Positions 48,176 to 57,792 of a DNA stretch of 64,000 nt are shown here, piece by piece. The first letter of the stretch is position 1, and every line of letters begins with the position of its first letter. Location: contig JBAZJW010000003.1 in NCBI GenBank assembly GCA_041651055.1, positions 18,089 to 82,088 of the forward strand, written 5' to 3'. The position numbers were made by a program, and so were the translations under genes. A model generated the notes under the pieces. It had not been told where the DNA came from and did not search any database. It worked only from the letters and a program-made list of their open reading frames with translations. The stretch is from Minisyncoccota bacterium (GTDB taxonomy: Bacteria > Patescibacteriota > Minisyncoccia > Phycocordibacterales > UBA5272).

Positions 48176-48243
48176 TTATAAATAATTAAAAATAGAATAA
48201 AAAATTTTTTCTAATAGGATTATTAATTATTTTTAATTAATAA
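48176..48243. promoter_or_regulatory. copy 2 of ~65-bp AT-rich promoter-like repeat
   Basis: see 14984..15048; lies between tRNA-like genes and the next - strand gene start. Confidence 0.5.
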
Positions 48244-48300
48244 TGGGGGGTTGTTTTTAGATCGTGGAGTATGGTTAGTGTATAGATTGAGATATTTCTT

Positions 48301-48394
48301 TGCAGGTTGGGGGAATCGAACCCCCGACTCTCACAGGACTATTTATTCATCACAGTTAGTGACTTTCCCAGTTAATCCATTGGTCGATACCTGC
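48301..48394 (-). tRNA. tRNA-like gene, 94 nt, probably intron-containing
   Basis: perfect T-arm GGGGG-TTCGATT-CCCCC; acceptor 3' AACCTGC-A pairs with 5' GCAGGT(A) at 48388-48394; ~21 nt longer than a canonical tRNA. Confidence 0.45.
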
Positions 48395-48402
48395 TTACGT
48401 AT

Positions 48403-48473
48403 TGGAAGGGGTGGGATTCGAACCCACACTCATGGTATCACCCGCAACACATCCATATTATATTATCCCTTCC
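48403..48473 (-). tRNA. tRNA-like gene, 71 nt, with atypical AT-rich D region
   Basis: perfect 7-bp acceptor GGAAGGG/CCCTTCC and perfect T-arm GTGGG-TTCGAAT-CCCAC; the D/anticodon region did not fold canonically by eye. Confidence 0.4.
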
Positions 48474-48745
48474 TTTTTGATATTGTATGATTCGTCAAAT
48501 GCTTCTATGTTATCCAATTGTTCTTGAGTGAAAGGCCCATATGATTCTTGATCATTGTCTTCATCTCTTGCATTATCAAGCTCTTCTTTGGATAATACTC
48601 CAATATTTGTATAAGTATTGAATCCACAACGCTTGCATATTCCTTCAATCACATCAAACGGTTTATAATCAGAGTAACACTCTAAAGTTTGCTTTCCTCT
48701 GCAGCGAGGGCAATCATTTGAGTAACTGGTTCCTGACATCTTCAA
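48458..48745 (-). CDS. zinc-ribbon protein
   Basis: CPRCRG...CKRCGF. Confidence 0.35.
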   Translation of the reverse strand: MKMSGTSYSNDCPRCRGKQTLECYSDYKPFDVIEGICKRCGFNTYTNIGVLSKEELDNARDEDNDQESYGPFTQEQLDNIEAFDESYNIKKEGII

Positions 48746-48978
48746 TCATCTCCATTGTATTCTTCTATTCTGTCAAAGTCCAAGAGAACATCTCCACAAT
48801 TTTCGCATTCAATAGCGACATTCATGATAGGGCCTGTTCTCTTTCCTGTCTTATGATTCATCTTAGAATAACCAACACATACAATCCAGTGACCAATGTG
48901 TTGCCTTAGTGTTTCAAAGTCGTGTGCTCCCATAAGAATTAGTCCTCCTTGTTTGATTTGCCAGTAGCACAAGTCCAA
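48742..48978 (-). CDS. small Cys-containing protein
   Basis: CVGY...CENCGD. Confidence 0.3.
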   Translation of the reverse strand: MDLCYWQIKQGGLILMGAHDFETLRQHIGHWIVCVGYSKMNHKTGKRTGPIMNVAIECENCGDVLLDFDRIEEYNGDD

Positions 48979-49175
48979 TGAACTGGAATTGCTACTGAGT
49001 TATATACTTTTCCTTCTCTGCACTTCTCCTGTTCTATGACATCTTCTCCAGGACCAACAGGGACTAAACATATTAGGTCACCCAATTTAAATAAGTGCTT
49101 GCATGCGGGGCATTCTTTTCCAATTATTGGAGAATTTTGTTTAAGCGGTCCGAACTTCCTTAATTCAGTAATCAT
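48939..49175 (-). CDS. zinc-ribbon protein
   Basis: CPACKH...CREG..HWTC. Confidence 0.3.
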   Translation of the reverse strand: MITELRKFGPLKQNSPIIGKECPACKHLFKLGDLICLVPVGPGEDVIEQEKCREGKVYNSVAIPVHWTCATGKSNKED

Positions 49176-49391
49176 TTTGTTTTGTTTGATTTATATTTTT
49201 TCATAAGTATCTCAGTTATTTCACTACGTTCCTAATTGGTTAAATCCAAGACTATCTCTATATCAACCATGAATCTATTGGTTGAATCTGAGATCTTACA
49301 CATATATCTGCGTCCCTTGTATATAACATCGTAATAGGTTGCAGTCATGTCTCCTGTCTTGCGGATTGTATCTGACATTTTGATTTATTGA

Positions 49392-49577
49392 TTATTCTAT
49401 GTCATCTAGGAAGGCTCTGACAGTTTTGATATTATTGTAGATGTGGGTTGAGGTATCCTGTCCAGAGGATTCCATCTCTTCCATATGTGTGCGTTCATCA
49501 TCTTCCAAGTAGTCAAGTATGGTTCTCATCGAGGAGAGAACAGCATCGGTCAGTTCAGCCATTTTTATTCGATCCAA
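49392..49577 (-). CDS. hypothetical protein
   Basis: ORF in array. Confidence 0.25.
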   Translation of the reverse strand: MDRIKMAELTDAVLSSMRTILDYLEDDERTHMEEMESSGQDTSTHIYNNIKTVRAFLDDIE

Positions 49578-49580
49578 GTG

Positions 49581-49919
49581 TTATGGTTGGTTTATAACTT
49601 CCTTCTTTAATTTCTTCTTCAAGTAGTTGTAGAAGATTAAAGCGTTCTCAGGAGTTTGAACAAGATACCAGTTTACATAAGGTTTGTTTCTACTATTACA
49701 CTTATTGATAGGACAGGAATAACAGCCTCCATTGTATTGATTGCAGTAGTATTCGCAGAGGAAACATTCTGCCATGACAAAATCATCAGATATACCAATT
49801 GCAGTCCTAGCCATATACTTGTTTATTTCTGATGATAGGGTTGGGTCGCTATGCTTGGATAACCATTCCCACGCCTTAAGACAATAAGAGTGGGCCTCTT
49901 CTTCAGTCAATGTTTTCAT
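49581..49919 (-). CDS. Cys-rich protein
   Basis: CFLCEYYC...CYSCPINKC. Confidence 0.3.
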   Translation of the reverse strand: MKTLTEEEAHSYCLKAWEWLSKHSDPTLSSEINKYMARTAIGISDDFVMAECFLCEYYCNQYNGGCYSCPINKCNSRNKPYVNWYLVQTPENALIFYNYLKKKLKKEVINQP

Positions 49920-50316
49920 TTGGTTTATCGTATTTCAATAAGAGTTCACATAGGTCGGCTTTAAATAAGTGTTCATCAGAGGGTGAGAGCTTGATTCCAA
50001 GGTCCGTATAAAGCAGTAGAGTGATGGAGGTTGAGAGTTTGAGGAGGGAGTCATAGGGTGTAGCTGGAGGGGTTGTGGTTTGGTGGGTCAGGATGACTGC
50101 ATAGGACTCTATCTTAGACAGTGTGTTGCGTTCTTTCTCCATTAGGAACCAGGTGTTCAACATGCGAAGGGAGTCGAATTGAAGCAATCGCTTGGAGAAA
50201 TGGATGTCAAAGTCCTTATTAGACATAAGGCGTTCAGATGTTGGGGAAATCATTGTAATCAGGTGAAGTCTCTGAGTTCGTCTTTGTTCATTGGTCGGGA
50301 GGCTCCACATATACAC
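49903..50316 (-). CDS. hypothetical protein
   Basis: ORF in array. Confidence 0.3.
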   Translation of the reverse strand: MYMWSLPTNEQRRTQRLHLITMISPTSERLMSNKDFDIHFSKRLLQFDSLRMLNTWFLMEKERNTLSKIESYAVILTHQTTTPPATPYDSLLKLSTSITLLLYTDLGIKLSPSDEHLFKADLCELLLKYDKPNENID

Positions 50317-51386
50317 GAGACAGTCATATCTACCATGTCGTAACAGCAGTAGTCGTGTTTCTTACAGGTTTTCTCCTCAGTGGATTTTTTCTTTGAGGAA
50401 TTTAGTTCTGAATCCTTTGAGAAAGTCCTGAACCAGGACTCCTTTTCCTTAGCGACTTGGACTAGTTTGGCGGCTTCCTTCTTGATTGCTTTGATTATGC
50501 GGTTTGGAATTTTTCGTCCAAGATACTCATAGATAAAGATTTCCTGATCCCTGGTCTCAATGGCCTCCTTACAATAATGCTTTCTAACATAGTCGATTGG
50601 GTCTGTTTTCTTGGAGAGGTGGAGACCGCACCATATTGCTAGGACGGTTCCAGTGCGGCCGTGAGCTCCTTCACATGTGACCAATACTTTTCCAGTGGTG
50701 GTTCTCTCTTTTAAGTAGTCAATGATCACATCCATTTGTTCTTTGGTTGGGGGAGTGCGGTCCATGACATCAACGATTAATGGAGAGAAGTAGCGGGTGT
50801 CAAAGATGGGGTATTCTCTGAGGGTGTGGTTGTCAGTCATAACCCAACCTGAGAATTCCTTCAAGCGATCATAAGGTATTGTGTAGGACATCAGGCGGAC
50901 TGGTTGTAGATTGAATAGCTTGGGGTGGCTGTGTTCAATGGTGTGGGAGCAAGTATCAAAGTTGTAATAAGTGTTTGAGTGGATACAAGCTGAGCCTTTG
51001 GTGTAGAGGCCGCCGCTCAATGTGGTTTGACCTCTCATCATAGCTTCCTCTTGTTCGAGCTTGTATTCTTCAAACATGTCGCGTTCTTCTTCTGATGAGG
51101 CGCATTGAGTTAGGTAGCCTTCACATGCCAAGACAATGCGCTCATAATCTTCTTCAGAGTGACATTCAAGAGCGCAATCACATCCAATGCAGTCTACAGG
51201 TGAGCCGCATATGTCAATGTCTGATATCATAGTAGAATCTACAAGTGGAAGGATACCATAATCCTTTGACTCCTTTTCGCTCACATCGTGGTCTGAGAAT
51301 AAGGAGACAATGGCTTGGTTCTCATTGATGTCATCTGAGAAGTCTTCATTTGAGTTACGTCTGCTTGTGTGTTTGTTTCGTCCCAT
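50259..51386 (-). CDS. protein-tyrosine / dual-specificity phosphatase-like protein with Cys-rich N-terminal half
   Basis: GKVLVTCEGAHGRTGTVLAIW matches the Cys-X5-Arg P-loop (h-C-x2-G-x2-R-[ST]-G) of PTP/DSP enzymes. Confidence 0.5.
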   Translation of the reverse strand: MGRNKHTSRRNSNEDFSDDINENQAIVSLFSDHDVSEKESKDYGILPLVDSTMISDIDICGSPVDCIGCDCALECHSEEDYERIVLACEGYLTQCASSEEERDMFEEYKLEQEEAMMRGQTTLSGGLYTKGSACIHSNTYYNFDTCSHTIEHSHPKLFNLQPVRLMSYTIPYDRLKEFSGWVMTDNHTLREYPIFDTRYFSPLIVDVMDRTPPTKEQMDVIIDYLKERTTTGKVLVTCEGAHGRTGTVLAIWCGLHLSKKTDPIDYVRKHYCKEAIETRDQEIFIYEYLGRKIPNRIIKAIKKEAAKLVQVAKEKESWFRTFSKDSELNSSKKKSTEEKTCKKHDYCCYDMVDMTVSCICGASRPMNKDELRDFT

Positions 51387-51841
51387 TTTTGAATCTTATT
51401 TAATGTATTTTAAAAAGTATGTTTAATTGGATAAGTGAGAATAAAACTCAAGAGAGTTTAAGCTCTTGAGTAAATACTGTTGTTGTTTCCGTTGTCGTGG
51501 TCGATCTATTGGCTGCCGTATCCGTAGGTTTTGTCAACTATTTCCTGAGCGTTTTCTCCCTTAGATATGTGGGTTACGGAGAGGACAGAAGGGGTTGCCT
51601 TTGATGTTCCCTGGGTGTATAGGAAGCGAACAGCTGAGTTCACTACTCCAACACATAAGCCAACTGAGGTTACTTGTGATGCGTGGTTTCCTTGCTTCCA
51701 GGTAAAGGACTCAGGTAGCTCTCCTTTTACAGTTGTGGTCTGATCTGCAAGTTGTATGCGGACTCTTACTGCTTCTTCACTGATCGCTCTGATTCCAATT
51801 AATCCTTTGTTGTTTCTTCAGGTTCTGTTGGGGTGGTCATC

Positions 51842-52060
51842 TTAAGGTTTGTAACGCGGTTCGATTGTGGTTCCGAATCGTTTGAGTCTGCATAGGGAGT
51901 TGATTTGATTGATGCGGAATATAAGGGAACGTGCTTGTTTTACTGTCATGCCTTCGATTAACTGTCGTTCATGTTCCATGAGGCCGTCAGTGTTTACTGG
52001 TTGGTTGTCTGCTTCAAGTTCGCGTTGTCTCATCTGTTTGATTGCATCGGAGAAGGTCAT
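51842..52060 (-). CDS. hypothetical protein
   Basis: ORF; the 450-bp tract 51387-51841 upstream of it has no ORF >=60 aa. Confidence 0.3.
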   Translation of the reverse strand: MTFSDAIKQMRQRELEADNQPVNTDGLMEHERQLIEGMTVKQARSLIFRINQINSLCRLKRFGTTIEPRYKP

Positions 52061-52344
52061 TTTATTTTTTGTAGTCTGGAGAGCACTTGTATCTGAATAA
52101 ATCTGGTTGGAATTGGGGGTTGTCTTTTTTGAAGACGAGGCAGAGAGCGTCCAGTTGTTGTTCTATGCTTCCAGTGCGGAAGGCTTTGGCTACCAGTTCG
52201 TAATCTTTGCGGCTTGTCATTTTGATTTGTTTAGTTTACGTAAGGCAAAGTATCATCCAAGATATATTCCAAGGAAAGAGCCAAGGTATATTCCAAAGAA
52301 AAAGGCAAGTGACCATTGAATCAGTGTAATTTGTGCGATTTGAT

Positions 52345-52767
52345 TCATTTTTGTTTGTTTAATTTGATTCTATTGATTTTTTCTTCTTGTAACTCTGCAA
52401 GTATTGTTTTAAGGTAATCTACCTCTGATTGTATTAGTGATATCATATATGAGTCAGTTGGGTCTATTGTTGTTTGTAGTTTTCTTTTTCCTTCTAAAAC
52501 GTATTTTGTGTGTATTTTGTCCCAAGGCGTATTTACACAATGTCCATCTCTTAAGCGTATTGGACAATATTCGCATTTAAAATTTACGAAGAATGTTAAG
52601 CATAAAGGGCATGTATCAGTGTAGATTTCAGGGGAGTATGGTTTTTTGGCATTTGGCTTTAAGTTGTCTTTGATCCAGTGAGAGATGCTTTGCTTGGTTG
52701 CCTCGATTGCTTTGTTAAGGTCTTGGTCTGTGTGTGTTGTTGTGTATTTGGTTGTACTGATTGTCAT
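52345..52767 (-). CDS. Cys-rich protein
   Basis: CPLCLTFF...CEYCPIRLRDGHC. Confidence 0.3.
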   Translation of the reverse strand: MTISTTKYTTTHTDQDLNKAIEATKQSISHWIKDNLKPNAKKPYSPEIYTDTCPLCLTFFVNFKCEYCPIRLRDGHCVNTPWDKIHTKYVLEGKRKLQTTIDPTDSYMISLIQSEVDYLKTILAELQEEKINRIKLNKQK

Positions 52768-52777
52768 TTTTATTTGT

Positions 52778-52972
52778 TTATTTTGATTCGTTTAAGAGTG
52801 ATCTTGCGTGTTGGATTATTTTGGTTGCGGATTGCTTGAGTATTCCTATTTCTTCAAAGTCAAGATATGTGGATTCTGAGACATCTTGGATTGAGTAGAT
52901 TCCTTGGGAGTTTAGGGCTTTCTCAAGTTTTGGTCCGATTCCTGCTATTTCTTTTAGGTCGTATTCGTCCAT
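52778..52972 (-). CDS. helix-hairpin-helix (HhH) DNA-binding mini-protein
   Basis: LKEIAGIGPKLEKAL is a classic HhH (h.G.G...a..h) motif. Confidence 0.45.
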   Translation of the reverse strand: MDEYDLKEIAGIGPKLEKALNSQGIYSIQDVSESTYLDFEEIGILKQSATKIIQHARSLLNESK

Positions 52973-53182
52973 TTTTGTTGTAACTTGATTTTATCTGGTT
53001 TTAAGATTAATTGTTTTTATAAAGGAATTGGCTTCGTGTTCGTAGTATATGAATTCGATTGATGATTCGATCAAGTAGTTTGATTAATTCATTCCATGTT
53101 TGTCGTAGTCGTAACAGGAGTGTCCATGTATGTCTAAATCTTGTTCATTCATTATAGTATTTTAAGTGTTTGTGTGAATTGA

Positions 53183-53602
53183 TTAGAGGGGTTTGTATGA
53201 GCAGATGGGGTAGCGTCTGTCTGCTTTGGAGGTGTATGGTTTGAGGTTGTAGATGCGGCTTGGGGGCCTGGGTTCAAGGGGGTTGCGGTTTAGGTCTTTT
53301 TTCTTGCGTTTTAGGTAGTCTATTGCGTCTTCTTTTTGTGTTGAGTGGAATTGTTTTAGGGTTTTGACTGTGGTGGGGGTTATGTGGAGTATTTGGTAGA
53401 CTAGTTGGTTTGGGCGTAGTAGTAGGGGGAGGATTTTTAGTGAGTCGTTTAGGCCTAGGCGGTAGTAGCCGTTGAATTCGCCTTTTTTATCGTATGTTTC
53501 GATCCAGTTGGTTGAATGCTGGATTTGCGTTGTAAGTGGTTCGATTAATGGTGTGGTCATTGGTTCCTTTATTGGTTCCTGCTCTTTAATCAGTGTTTCC
53601 AT
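53183..53602 (-). CDS. hypothetical protein
   Basis: ORF in array. Confidence 0.3.
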   Translation of the reverse strand: METLIKEQEPIKEPMTTPLIEPLTTQIQHSTNWIETYDKKGEFNGYYRLGLNDSLKILPLLLRPNQLVYQILHITPTTVKTLKQFHSTQKEDAIDYLKRKKKDLNRNPLEPRPPSRIYNLKPYTSKADRRYPICSYKPL

Positions 53603-53609
53603 GTTAGAT

Positions 53610-53807
53610 TTATCTTAATTTGCAGTACTCTTTGAATCTGGGTGTGTGTTTATGAAGTAGTGAATCATATTTGGAGTATTTATCAGATAATGGGTGTTCA
53701 TTGTCTCTTATTCCAACTAGGCGGTTATAGAGAGTCATGAAGTAATGTAAACTTGCCTCACTTAAAGCATTGTCGTATTCTTTTAGTTCTTGTTCAAATG
53801 TTTCCAT
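53610..53807 (-). CDS. hypothetical protein
   Basis: ORF in array. Confidence 0.3.
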   Translation of the reverse strand: METFEQELKEYDNALSEASLHYFMTLYNRLVGIRDNEHPLSDKYSKYDSLLHKHTPRFKEYCKLR

Positions 53808-53813
53808 GTTAGA

Positions 53814-54029
53814 TTAAGGCTTTGTAATTGTTGCTCTTATGGTGTATGTTGATTCGTCAAAGGTTCGTGTGTAGGTGTAGAGTTTCCATGTGCCTGGGAG
53901 GAAGCCAAGGCCTTTTAGGATTCTGTTGGCGGCTCCTTTGAGTGTTTTTAGATCTCTGATGAAGATTCCGTTGTCAGAACCCAGTCCTGCTAGTTGTCCG
54001 TTTATGTGCCTTTCAGCAAAGTAGTTCAT
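53814..54029 (-). CDS. hypothetical protein
   Basis: ORF in array. Confidence 0.3.
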   Translation of the reverse strand: MNYFAERHINGQLAGLGSDNGIFIRDLKTLKGAANRILKGLGFLPGTWKLYTYTRTFDESTYTIRATITKP

Positions 54030-54393
54030 GTTAGAGGTTATTGCTTAGGATATATCTTGTGTATCTCATCTCATCATCTAACTGTTCATATACTGAGTTC
54101 TTGAATTGGTTGTCTTTGCTTGGGATTCTGTCTAATAGGATTGTTAAGGCATTCATTATGGCTTCTTGATTCCTGAGTATCTGTTTGGGTGTTGGGTCCA
54201 TGTTATGGTTTAGATGGTGATGAGTTTATTTGATTGATTAAATCCTTGCAGCCTTTAAGGATTGTTGACTTCTGTAGTTCTGATAGTTCTTGTGAGTCAA
54301 TTGTTATTGTATTTTGTCCCTGGTATATGCAGGTTATTGTATTGTTTTTATTTGTGTATTTGCCAAAAGTAATTGGGTCCATGTTAGAGTTTA

Positions 54394-54711
54394 TTATTGA
54401 CTATTTTCTTGTAGTTTTTCAAGTATGGTGTCATCTGTGAAGGCTATCCGGGTTTTTAGGGCTTGGTCAGCTGGCGGGCCTGAGAAGATACGTTTGAAGG
54501 CGGATTCTTTAAGTACGACAAGGCGGCCTGTGTTGGGGTTTATTAGGAGGATGCCTTCAGTTAAGTATTTGGTTTGGCATTCTTCGCATACTTGGGGTAG
54601 GGTTGAGTCTTTAGGAGGGAGTTCGTATTTAGTGTTTTTTCGTGCTATGAGGATTACTTCCCTGTGGCATATCATACAGTCTTTTACCAGTGTTGTTTCT
54701 CCAAGTTTCAT
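54394..54711 (-). CDS. zinc-ribbon protein
   Basis: CMICHREV...CEECQ. Confidence 0.3.
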   Translation of the reverse strand: MKLGETTLVKDCMICHREVILIARKNTKYELPPKDSTLPQVCEECQTKYLTEGILLINPNTGRLVVLKESAFKRIFSGPPADQALKTRIAFTDDTILEKLQENSQ

Positions 54712-54719
54712 TTTGTTTG

Positions 54720-55070
54720 GTTTATTTGTTATGTTAAGGTAATTGTGGGGATAGTTTGGGGATAGTTGTTGGAAAGATGCGGGAAAGATTGACTCAAATT
54801 TGGGTAGGTACTCGGATTTGAGCAGGTACTCATTTTTGGGTAATTACTCAAAAGTGAGTAGGAAAAGTGTTAGAAAGTGGACTCACTTAATTCCAAGATA
54901 GGTGAGGACTTGGACATTAAGTGAGTGTAAGTGTAATAGGTATCAAGAGAACCATATTGATGTATTTTAATATATCAATAAGGGTTTATTATTGGGTTTT
55001 TTCTTAAGTTTATTCAAATAAATTGAATAAAAGAAAAACAATAAATAAAAGAAGAATTTTTGTTCGTTTA
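54720..55070. promoter_or_regulatory. iteron-like cluster of short direct/inverted repeats (candidate origin or operator array)
   Basis: GGGATAGTT x2, GGAAAGAT x2, GGTACTC x2 plus GTAATTACTC / GTGGACTCAC and inverted GTGAGTAGG / GTGAGTGTAAGTG within 54745-54935, followed by AT-rich DNA. Confidence 0.45.
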
Positions 55071-55071
55071 T

Positions 55072-55593
55072 TCAAGAGAAGATTTCCTCAAAACCGGGGG
55101 AAAAGCGAAAAAGCTCTGAATGAGTTGATTTCAATAAACGAAGAGCAATTTCAGGAGAAACAAAGCCTTTATAATCGGTTTCATAGATTTCCTTAATGCG
55201 ATTAATGTAAGCATGTTTTATTCCCTCTGACTCGATTTTACACTGGTTTTTCCAGTCAGGGTCGAGAGAAATGCTCTTGAATAGGTTTGATGTTGCTTTT
55301 TGGACAAGGGCTTCAAAAACTGCTCGGTCTTTTTGGAGGAGTAAAGCCATTTCAGGAGTTAAAGGAATTGTCATAGTGTTTATACCAATGCCTATGCGTA
55401 TTTGTTTTTGACTTTCGATAAGTTCTTTATCGTAGGCGATTATTTGTTCATAGGTTTTGTTGTCGTATTTTCTTTTACGGAAGTCATAGCGGCGCATATG
55501 ACTTAATTTCTTTTCGTTCTCTTTCGTTCTTTCACTTGGTCCGGTCAAGAGGACTTTTCCTCTTGGATGGTTTCGTCTATCCATTGGTTTCAC
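55072..55593 (-). CDS. hypothetical basic protein
   Basis: ORF. Confidence 0.35.
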   Translation of the reverse strand: MKPMDRRNHPRGKVLLTGPSERTKENEKKLSHMRRYDFRKRKYDNKTYEQIIAYDKELIESQKQIRIGIGINTMTIPLTPEMALLLQKDRAVFEALVQKATSNLFKSISLDPDWKNQCKIESEGIKHAYINRIKEIYETDYKGFVSPEIALRLLKSTHSELFRFSPGFEEIFS

Positions 55594-55682
55594 CTTTTAT
55601 TTTTAATTTTTTTTAATTTGTGAGAATGAATAGAAGAAGACCAAGTTCAGTTGACTTGGCTCTACAGATTCGATCAAGCCCT

Positions 55683-56096
55683 TTATTTCAGGGTTAATGC
55701 TCCCAGGACTTTTATCTGGGTTTCCGCCTGTCCACCGAGGTACTTGATACCGCTTAACCACTCGGTCGGATACTGCGTTGGATTTTCAAACGCAGCCAGA
55801 GCAGTCTTGTTCATTGCGTCTATTTGCTCCTCGGTGTAGACGATTCCCACTGCTGCTGATTGAGTCACTATTGACTTAACTTTGGCTAATGGGTCGCCTG
55901 TTTTTACGTCGCATACTCGTGCGACTTCGGTCAGCACTTTGACTGCTGCTGTCAGTTCTTCTTTGCTTATGCCGTGAAGTTCAATCTTTGTCGCAAGTGT
56001 TGCGGCTGGGATTGACTTCTTTTTCTCGTCTGTTTCTGTTGCCATTTTTCGCTCAATTAATTGAGAGGGAAATGGAGAGTTAATTATTTGGAACAA
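55683..56096 (-). CDS. hypothetical Ala-rich protein
   Basis: ORF. Confidence 0.35.
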   Translation of the reverse strand: MFQIINSPFPSQLIERKMATETDEKKKSIPAATLATKIELHGISKEELTAAVKVLTEVARVCDVKTGDPLAKVKSIVTQSAAVGIVYTEEQIDAMNKTALAAFENPTQYPTEWLSGIKYLGGQAETQIKVLGALTLK

Positions 56097-56135
56097 GTGT
56101 GAGTCGTCAATGTAGGCAGTGTGCCTCTATTGGAT

Positions 56136-56351
56136 TTATCTTCTGAGAATCAATCCGAGCAATCTGTCGGGGTCGAAGTCGGACATCTTTATCAGTTGCC
56201 TCTCGCTCATCCCTGTCATCATGGAGATTTCCTTAAGTGGGATCTTCGATGTGCTTCCATTGGCTTCCAGTACAAAGACAGGCTCCCTGCTTCTTGTTTT
56301 GATTGGCAGGTCGCTCACCCTTATCTGGATGCCCCTTGTTGTATAGGTCAT
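56136..56351 (-). CDS. small protein, possible HTH regulator
   Basis: MTGMSERQLIKMSDF helix-turn-helix-like; overlapping alternative-frame ORF 56233..56421 considered less likely. Confidence 0.3.
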   Translation of the reverse strand: MTYTTRGIQIRVSDLPIKTRSREPVFVLEANGSTSKIPLKEISMMTGMSERQLIKMSDFDPDRLLGLILRR

Positions 56352-56929
56352 CCTTAAAGTCTGTTAAGTTGGATATATCTGAGAATTCCTTGGAGATTAT
56401 CTTTATGAATCTTCTTATCATTCAGAATTTTCTGAATTAATTTATTCTTATCTCCATGTCTTAGAAGTGTTATTAACACGTAGTCAGGGATGGATTCAAG
56501 ATTTATTTCCATGTTCATATCAGTTCCACTATGTAGAACATTAATTGAATCAGTTTCATTTTATTTTTTTAGAATCATTGATTAAACATTTTTTGCATGT
56601 AACTGCTTTTTTTGTTCTTGAAGCATTATTTATTTCGTTAAGACTAAGCCCACATGCTATTTTATTGTCTCCGATAATTAAGTGAATAAATTTGTTTTTC
56701 ATTTTGAGTATACTTTAGGAATCAAGTCTCTTACATTGGGTACAGTCCATTTTTGAGAAGAAAATGATTAACTCATTTTTGAGTTAATCAAATTATGTGC
56801 ATGTTTACTTCATACATCATCCATTCTGTGCCTGAGCATATCTGTATGTTGGCTATGTAAGCACAAGCATCCAAATATCTCTGAGCAAGTCGAGAGAATT
56901 CCATTGTTTAGTTCACCTTAAAACAGTTG

Positions 56930-57600
56930 CTTGGCGGCATAGTGATTGAACACACATGCCTTAACCAGCCCGTGCAGTCTTCCAATTAAGGCTTGACTGC
57001 ACGCTGTGGTATTTAGAAGCAGCACCATGTTTACTCCTTTCACCATATTGGCTTATGGATGCCAACAGCTTTCCCGTTGAATGCAGAACAGCTGAATAAG
57101 TCAGCCCGATTCAAAGGTTATACTATGTGGCAGTGCTGCCCGTATGCCTGCATTATTTAAATACTTGCCCGCTCTGCCTCCGACAGCCGACAGTCTAAAC
57201 TGTAGTAGTCATGCGTCCTCCCCGTTTTTGCTATTATCTCCAATCTTCCAAGGACCGAGTAGTTACTGACTACATCACCCGGTTAGTTCCTTGACCGTCA
57301 AGGAGAGCAATTCGTAAGAGCCGACGCTCAAGAGTATAGAGCCTCAAGTTTGTTTTTTGCGCTTTGCGACACGAGAGCCAGGCTAACAGCTCCCGTTTTT
57401 TTGCTCAATCTCATACAACCTCTGAGATTGTCGCACCGCTCCCGCTATATGGGAGATTCGGAGTCACTCTTATAGGATACAGGATAACAGGTCGCTGCCC
57501 GCATTTCCTCCTATGATAACCATTAGACGATTAGGATATAAGAGCGATTACGACCAATTTCCCAAACCAAAACCAGCACCCTGCGAATTCACAGAGCAAA
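56930..57600. other. GC-richer (~45-50%) segment with no ORF >=60 aa in any frame; candidate ncRNA or decayed foreign DNA
   Basis: composition contrast with flanks; several stem-capable GC tracts (e.g. GCACCGCTCCCGCTATATGGGAGATTCGGAG); weak RNase P-like 8-mers (GUAAGAGC) noted but not conclusive. Confidence 0.35.
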
Positions 57601-57792
57601 AAGATTAGAAGGGGTAGTTACACTATTTTTTCTCAGTCTGACCTTTGACTTTTTCTTATTCTGATCTTTGATTATTCTGACCTTTGGTAAAAATCGGACT
57701 CAAACATTAGAAGCATAAATACTTATACTCTCATAATTACACATTCCAAACAATTAATCTTAACATATACTTAATCAACCAAAAATACAAAC

